Positions 57,686 to 64,000 of a DNA stretch of 64,000 bases are shown one piece after another. Where the stretch lies: the NCBI RefSeq assembly GCF_004010195.1, contig NC_057732.1, positions 34,286,501 to 34,350,500 on the forward strand, written 5' to 3'. Position 1 is the stretch's first letter. Every line of letters starts with the position of its first letter. The position numbers and the translations under genes were made by a program. The DNA comes from Chiloscyllium plagiosum. Taxonomy: Eukaryota. The notes beneath the pieces were generated by a model. The model worked only from the letters and a program-made list of their open reading frames with translations. It did no database searches and had not been told where the DNA came from.

Positions 57686-60600
57686 GTGACAACTTTGTAT
57701 GCTAAATTATTTGGTCTCTTGTGACATGATTAATTTCTCTTTGCTTATCTCCCTCTCACTAATTCTTTCTGGTTTGACCCAAAAAACCTGTGGTTGTAAG
57801 AGTTGTAAGGGGGAAGCAAAGATGCTTAATTGGGAATTGGAAAAAAGTGAAATGACCGGGCAAAAGTATGGCAGATGGTATGCAATGTGGGCAAATCTGA
57901 GAATGTGTCTGGGAAGAATAAAAATAGAGTAATTCTTGAACAATGGGAGGTTAGGAAGTGTTGGACCTCAAGTTATGTACTCTTGTTCAAATTAGCATGC
58001 ATGTACAATAAGCAATTAAGGTAAATGGTATGTTGACCTTTACTTCAAAATAATCTAAGTATAGAAGTACATGTCTTATTGAAATTATGTAGCACCTTGG
58101 TGAGACCACACTTGGAGTATTGTGTACAGTTTTGGTCTCCGGACCCAAACAAGGATGTACTTGCCATAAAGGAAATGCAGCAAAGCTTCACCACTAATTC
58201 TTAAATTGGAGGGATTGTCCACTGAGAAGAGATTAAATAAACTGAGCCTGTATTCTGTGGAGTGTTAAGGAATGATAGCGATTTATGAACATTATTCATC
58301 ACAGATATAAAATCGCAAATCCAACATTTCAAAATGTTCCCATTCTTAATTATTTTACCTCTTAAGTGATGAGGCATTTTTATCACAGACTTGTGGATTC
58401 AAAATACACTTTACCTCCCAGAGTTTATGTCTGTCAAACTATTTGACATATTCTTCAACAAATAACTCTGGAGGGAAAGTGTCATTGGTGTCTGTAGAAA
58501 TGTTACTCAAAAGGTGTACAGTCAATTTATTTAATTAAAAGATGTTTGAAATATGTAAACAATGATTTTATTTTATTTATTTTGTTGCAAATCTTGTTTT
58601 GAACTCCTGGCAATTTCAGTTAGTGATCAGCCAACTTCTTAGCTGTTAATTTTTGCTGCATTTATCTACGTTCTAATAATTTAAACATCTTTATCTGGAA
58701 TAGACCCCTGGAGTATCCCACTTCCAACTTTTGTTTGATAGAGCAGGCTCTAGGGATAAACAAAGTTCCAACTTTTGAGTTTTGTTCAGTTAACTGATTC
58801 CTGTTCCCTTTTTGTCAATCAACTTTCTATCCTTTTGGCTGCAGTTACATTGTGAAACCTTTGCGACAATCTCTTTCTCTCGGCGGGGCTCTTGTAATAT
58901 ATCGGCAGGGTCCATACCCCTGGTCCAGAAGACCCAAGCTTCGGCCACACGCAGCATATTTGACCAAGTTGATTAGAAAATATCTCTGTCTGTCTTTTCC
59001 AGTTGGACCAGATCTGCATTTCCTTCGATGATGGGAAGACAACAATGAACTTTGCAGAAGCTGCACTTTTGATCCAAGGCTCGGCATGTATTTACAGCAG
59101 GAAGGTCTGTTTTTTGCCATCCTCTGCTGAATGGGATGAAGGTCTGGTGTGGGCTGAGTGTACACGTGGCTGGGCCTGGTAGAGAAAAAGGGCAAATGGG
59201 TCTGGGGGATAATTGGGACAGGGTGATTGGTAGAAATTTGGTTTGAGGTGAAAAGCCTGGAAGCTGATCACTGCTCGTTTTAGATCCTTAATTATTCCAC
59301 TAAGATGACGAAACGTGCTCAAGAGGAAAAGAAAATCTTTCAAAATGTATGTAGTTACTGCAGAGTTTGGAAAGATATCAGACCTGGTTGTATGTGGATG
59401 TTTGTCTGATAACAGCTCAGGAATTTTCCAGACTGCTGCCAACTGACTTGTGGAATTGATGAGATTGAATAGTCTGAGGATGTTTTTCCTTTCTACACAG
59501 GTGGAATATCTGCATTCTCTGGTGTTCCAGGCGCTGGACCTGATCTCCAACAAGAAGTAAAGAATAAAACAAAACAACAAACTGTGAATCGGAAACAAAA
59601 ACAGAAATGGCTGGAAAACTCAGTAGATTTGGTAGCATCTGTGGAAATAAAGCAGAGTTAAGATTTTGGGTTCTGAAGAAGGGTCACTAACCTGAAATGT
59701 TAACTCTGCTTTTCTTCATAGGTGCTGCCAGACCTGTAGAATTTTGCCTGCAATTTCTGTTTTTGTAAAGAATCCTTGTAATAACTAAGCAAACACTGAC
59801 TGTGCTGAATGCCTTTAGAAACTTTATGCCAAGTACCCTGTATATATAAGATTACTACACTCAGTATTGCATGGTCTATTATATAATGTATACAACAAGA
59901 TTATGCTACTTGCCCGTGTGGGGCAGCATGGTAGCTTGGTGGTTAGCATTGCTGCCTCACAACATCAGGGACCCGGATTCGATTCTAGCCTCGGGCGACT
60001 GTCTGTGTAGAGTTTGCACATTCTCCCCGTGTCTGCGTGAGTTTCCGCCAGGTGCTCCGGTTTCCTCCCACAGTCCAGAGATGTGCAGGTTAGGTGAATT
60101 TGCCATGCTAAATTCCCCATAGTGTTCAGGGATGTGTAGATTAGGGGCAGTAGTTAGGGGAAATGTAGATTACTAGGGTAGGGGAATGGGTTTGGGTGGG
60201 ATACTCTTCAGAGGATCTGTGTGGACTTGATGGACCAAATGGTCTGTTTCCACACTGTAGGGATTCTATCATTCTAAAGTATTACACCTAGTGGAATATT
60301 GTTTGATAATAAACAAGCTAATTATACAGATGCCATACTCTGTTTTGTTGCAGGATTATCCAGCTAAGCAGTAAGTTACTGCAGGAGCATCGCACCCAGT
60401 GATGTACTAAATTATTACAGAAATGTTAAAATTCATAATAAAATCATTTCACACTAACTGAAGTACTGCACACGTTAAATAGATTGTGTGCTATAATGTG
60501 TATTACATCAGTACCTCTGTGGAACTGTAGCAACCAGTAACAGTCTGTGCTTTGGGGTGGCTCACTGGTTAGTACTGCTGCCTCACAGCACCAGAGAGCC

Positions 60601-63600
60601 AGGTTTGATTGTAGGCTTGGATAACTGTCTGTGTGGTCTCCCCATGTTGGCATAGGTTTCCTCCGGGTGCTCTGGTTTCCTCCTACAGATGTGCAAGTAA
60701 GGTGAATTGGCTGTGGTAAATTGCTCTTAGTGTCCAGGGATGTGCAGGCTAAGTGGATTAGCCAAATGAATTGCAGGAATAGGGTAGGGAATGGATTTGG
60801 GTGGGATGCCCTTTGATGGTTCAGTGTGGACTGGCTGGGCCAAATGGTCTGCTTCCACATTATTAGGAATCTATGGCGATGGCACTAAGTAATAGTCTGT
60901 GTTACTAAAAGACTGTAACAACAAGTAACAATTTGTGTTATCATTAGACAGAGGAGTAGATTTGTCAACTTTCTCCAAGTAAACCTGCTTTTATGGTACT
61001 TTTGTCAAAATGGTTGTAAAAGTCCTTTTTATGTTTGTTGTTATAGACGGAATCAAAAAGCTACATCCATTGCTGCGGATGGTACAGATAATGATGTGTC
61101 TTTGGCCAATGACAAGGATTGGGAAGTAAGGAACATTGACTCAGGACTTATTATTCATTAACACTGAAATTACTTAGATATGAACGATTGAACAAAATAA
61201 TAAGTTTTGTATTTGCATATTGCCAACTGTTGAGTAGATCCATATGCTGTGACTGTTATGTTGGCAAGCTGTTCCATAAGATCAAAACATTGGTGAAGGG
61301 GGACCAGGGATAAATGATGTTAAATTGAACCTGAAGCTGAAAGGAATTAATTACTTTGTATGGTCAAAATAAGCAAATAGTAAATTCCTGAAGTTGTTTA
61401 AGTCCGATACTATATACATATCCCTGGGAGTTATGTTGAGCCCTGTTTCAAGGATCATATAGCTCTGTGACATATATGTTCATGCCTGATGTACTTTCCC
61501 ATTCCAACATGATAACAGTCATTGCTCTGGTGTATGTTATTTGCTGTATAAACAATGTTTGAATTTTCTTAATTTCCATGTTAGATATCACTAACTGCTG
61601 TAATTCTTGCTTTTCAGTTTTTGTCTCTTGATGATATTGAGTGTCCATCAAAAATCAACATTGATTTGCAGGAGGGTCACAGTTCAAATGTACGTATTGT
61701 GTGCAGTTCTGATCTCCTTATTTGAGGAAGGATGTAAATATGTTGGAGACAATTTAGAGGAAGTTTACGAGATTGATATATGTTGTTTTATGAGAAATAG
61801 GTTGGACAAGCTGGGTATGGTTCCACTGGGGTAACCTGATTGAAGTGTATAAGATTCTGATTGGACTTGACAAGTTGGATGTGGAAAGAATGTTTTTATC
61901 TTGTGAGCTGGATGACACTGTTTTAAAAGAAGTGTTCTTACAGATGAAGCAACCCCCCGCCCCACCTCAGAAAATGGGGTCATTGAATATTTTTAACATC
62001 AAGTTGGATAGATTCTTGTGAGGAAGGGGACTTAAGGGTTATAGAGGATTGATAGGCATGTGGAATTGAAAATACATATAGATAATTCATGATCTTATTG
62101 AATGGTGGAGCAGGCTCAATGGCAGAATGGTCTACTTCTGCTCCTGTTTCGTATTTGTGTCTTTATTTGTGATTCCTTAGATTTTCAACAATGCAATGTG
62201 GTACTCCGGTTAACATAATCGGTTATCATTCTGTCCGCAGTGCTGCTCACTGCAATCTTAACGCTGAGTAAAGGCTGGAATTCAACATCAGGCATCATCA
62301 CAGAAATTAAAGATTTTGATAGTGTTGTGTTTGGACCAAAGAGATTTGGAATTAAAATTCAAAAGGAAGTTGATATCTGGATCCATAGATTGCTGGATAA
62401 TTTGCATGAGATAGAAAGTGATGATGACAATAAGCCAAAGACTTGAGGCCAGGCCAAGGCAATATGGGATAGCTAGGAATCGGCAAAGTGTAGCAGGGAG
62501 TCTTCAAAAAGTGATCAAGTAAAGAGCTGCAATGAGTAATGGAGGCTGGGAAGTGGTGATGGCAGAGATGGTATTTGGGTATTTCAGAGGAGCGGAGCTG
62601 TATTGAAAGTGGGGGAATACATTGAGGTCGCATTGGACTGAAGTGGCAGGAAGCTAAATTGGAAGAATGAGTTTTAGAAGCTAACTATGACTCTATAACT
62701 AATCTGACTGACTGCCCTTGCGGATTTACCTTGATGCTACAGGTTGTGAACATCATCCCATTAACACCGATGGCACTGGTACCGCTAGAAGAAATTGAGA
62801 AAAAGAACAACCCTCTCTTGAGGTATGGAATTTGCTGTATCACGCACACAGAAAAGAAAGGCAGGCACCTCGTCAGTGGGTGCAATACAGAGAGTGGAAG
62901 ACCCAGTCAATGTGCGCCAACAAACTAATTTGAAAGGCTGTTAGCTGCCAGCAACTTGGTTTTTGAAAACTTCAGTCAAATTTATTCAGGTTGCTGTGAA
63001 GGACTCAAATTGAGTAATGCTCTGTTACTCAATACTAACTTGGCGGGAGAAATGGAGGTGTCACAGTTCAAAGTACAGATATGCTTCTGAGTCTGGAGTT
63101 AGTTACTTGAGACTTGTTTTATATCTGACACATGCTAAAACTGTCCAGGAAATGTTTGGCAGGATTGCATAGACAGCTTTTCTTTGCATTCTATCTCAAG
63201 GGGATATTTGATCCTGACATTGAGTCCCAGCTTGAATCTTGCTTCATTTTCCAACACTGAAATGTTTCACTTCTTTGAGAACAGCAGCTTTCCCAGATTT
63301 GGGATGTGTTCATGTTGAATGTTTCATAGCCAGGTGAGCTATAATTATCAACACCATATAATTATCAAGAAGGTCTGAGGCTATATCCCAGAGTTTGGAG
63401 GCAGATGTTAACTAGTTATAAGTTAACTAGTGCAACACTGAGTAATGTGGAGTAGGAAGATTGCAGGTTACCTTCAATGATAAACTTTGTTGTCTATTCA
63501 AGTTAATGAAAAGCAGTAAGCATAATAAACCGACCTGGTGAACTGTACAAATACAAATGATGTTGGGTGATGCTTGGACTAGGATGAGGTTTTGGATTAG

Positions 63601-64000
63601 GTATCTTCCTATTTGGTTTTGGTGTTGATATTGTCTTGCCTTTCTCTCCATTCCAGAAGTAGAGAGACATTGGTGGTGGATGTGAATGTGGATTTCAAAA
63701 TACGCACACAGATCAACCATTATCTTATTGAATGGCAGAGTAGGTTTGAGAGGATGAATGGTCTATTTCTTCTATTTCATGCAAACTGGATCATGGCAGG
63801 GGCTTGGGCAAGGGAGGAGACACCAGTTAGAAGAAAATGCAAGTGTTCTGTCCTCAGTTACTAACCTAATTTGGTTTTTCATTTCACTGTAGCCGGAGAG
63901 GAGAGATCCTTGGCAGCCGCAAGGATTTCCGAATGAATACTTGTACCCCTCATGCCACAGGTGCATTCATGTTAGAGTTGGCCAGTGTGTCACCGATGAG
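57578..64000 (+). CDS. NCAPH2: condensin II kleisin subunit H2, 5' part truncated by the window end
   Basis: Exons 57578-57685, 59003-59104, 59501-59556, 61047-61125, 61618-61689, 62743-62822, 63893->64000 splice in frame: [36 protein letters not shown] / [34 protein letters not shown] / VEYLHSLV... Confidence 0.96.
57780..58300 (+). mobile_element. old CR1 fragment
   Basis: ttggtgagaccacacttggagtattgtgtacagttttggtctcc ([15 protein letters not shown]). Confidence 0.78.
59003..59104 (+). CDS. NCAPH2: NCAPH2 coding exon 2 (LDQICISF...YSRK)
   Basis: AG/GT boundaries, 102 nt. Confidence 0.96.
59501..59556 (+). CDS. NCAPH2: NCAPH2 coding exon 3 ([18 protein letters not shown])
   Basis: AG/GT boundaries, 56 nt. 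Confidence 0.95.
59566..59764. mobile_element. older fold-back PLE-derived element at an NCAPH2 splice donor
   Basis: Imperfect inverted arms around a decayed core CTGAAGA A GGGTCactaACCT GAAA TGTT (59673-59701). Duplication gtaaagaat at 59557 / 59765. Confidence 0.7.
59921..60275 (+). mobile_element. tRNA-derived SINE (HE1-like)
   Basis: Same family as 13813. Confidence 0.85.
60554..60875 (+). mobile_element. tRNA-derived SINE, older copy
   Basis: Same family, more diverged. Confidence 0.78.
61047..61125 (+). CDS. NCAPH2: NCAPH2 coding exon 4 ([12 protein letters not shown]...DWE)
   Basis: AG/GTAAGG boundaries, 79 nt, phase fits neighbours, weaker protein similarity. Confidence 0.85.
61618..61689 (+). 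CDS. NCAPH2: NCAPH2 coding exon 5 (FLSLDDIE...SSN)
   Basis: AG/GTACGT boundaries, 72 nt, FLSLDD motif. Confidence 0.92.
61695..62155 (+). mobile_element. old CR1 3' fragment starting just after an NCAPH2 donor
   Basis: tattgtgtgcagttctgatctcc...gaatggtggagcaggctc tail. Confidence 0.72.
62743..62822 (+). CDS. NCAPH2: NCAPH2 coding exon 6 ([14 protein letters not shown]...NNPLL)
   Basis: AG/GTATGG boundaries, 80 nt. Confidence 0.94.
63893..64000 (+). CDS. NCAPH2: NCAPH2 coding exon 7, partial ([28 protein letters not shown]...)
   Basis: AG acceptor, SRKDFRMN motif, runs off the window. Confidence 0.95.

Noticed and set aside
58845-59638. Minus-strand ORFs overlapping NCAPH2 exons
   Set aside because: Shadow frames with no motifs or splice support.

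Overview
Vertebrate genomic DNA, repeat-rich and intron-rich, with three N gaps. The tRNA-derived SINE, CR1 and Penelope repeat complement suggests a cartilaginous fish, probably a shark (inference). Three spliced genes were reconstructed by hand from GT-AG boundaries with consistent phases. MIOX lies on + (10 coding exons, 6528-20576, 292 aa). LMF2 lies on - (14 coding exons, 52738-23084, 711 aa). The 5' part of NCAPH2 lies on + (7 coding exons from 57578, running off the window). Order and orientation match human 22q13.33. LMF2 and NCAPH2 share a head-to-head promoter near 53.2 kb with NRF1, CHR and YY1 motifs. The most striking non-genic signal is a set of at least four sequence families of Penelope-like element (PLE) ends. 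Many are short fold-back insertions with 9-16 bp target-site duplications. They carry a minimal type I hammerhead-ribozyme motif (CTGA[T/A]GA-N-stem II-GAAA, with a palindromic ACGT or AGCT stem III) whose helices covary between families. Hammerheads in PLEs are known in general; the activity of these copies and their effect on the host introns are untested. Almost all ORFs in the supplied track are repeat-derived or spurious.
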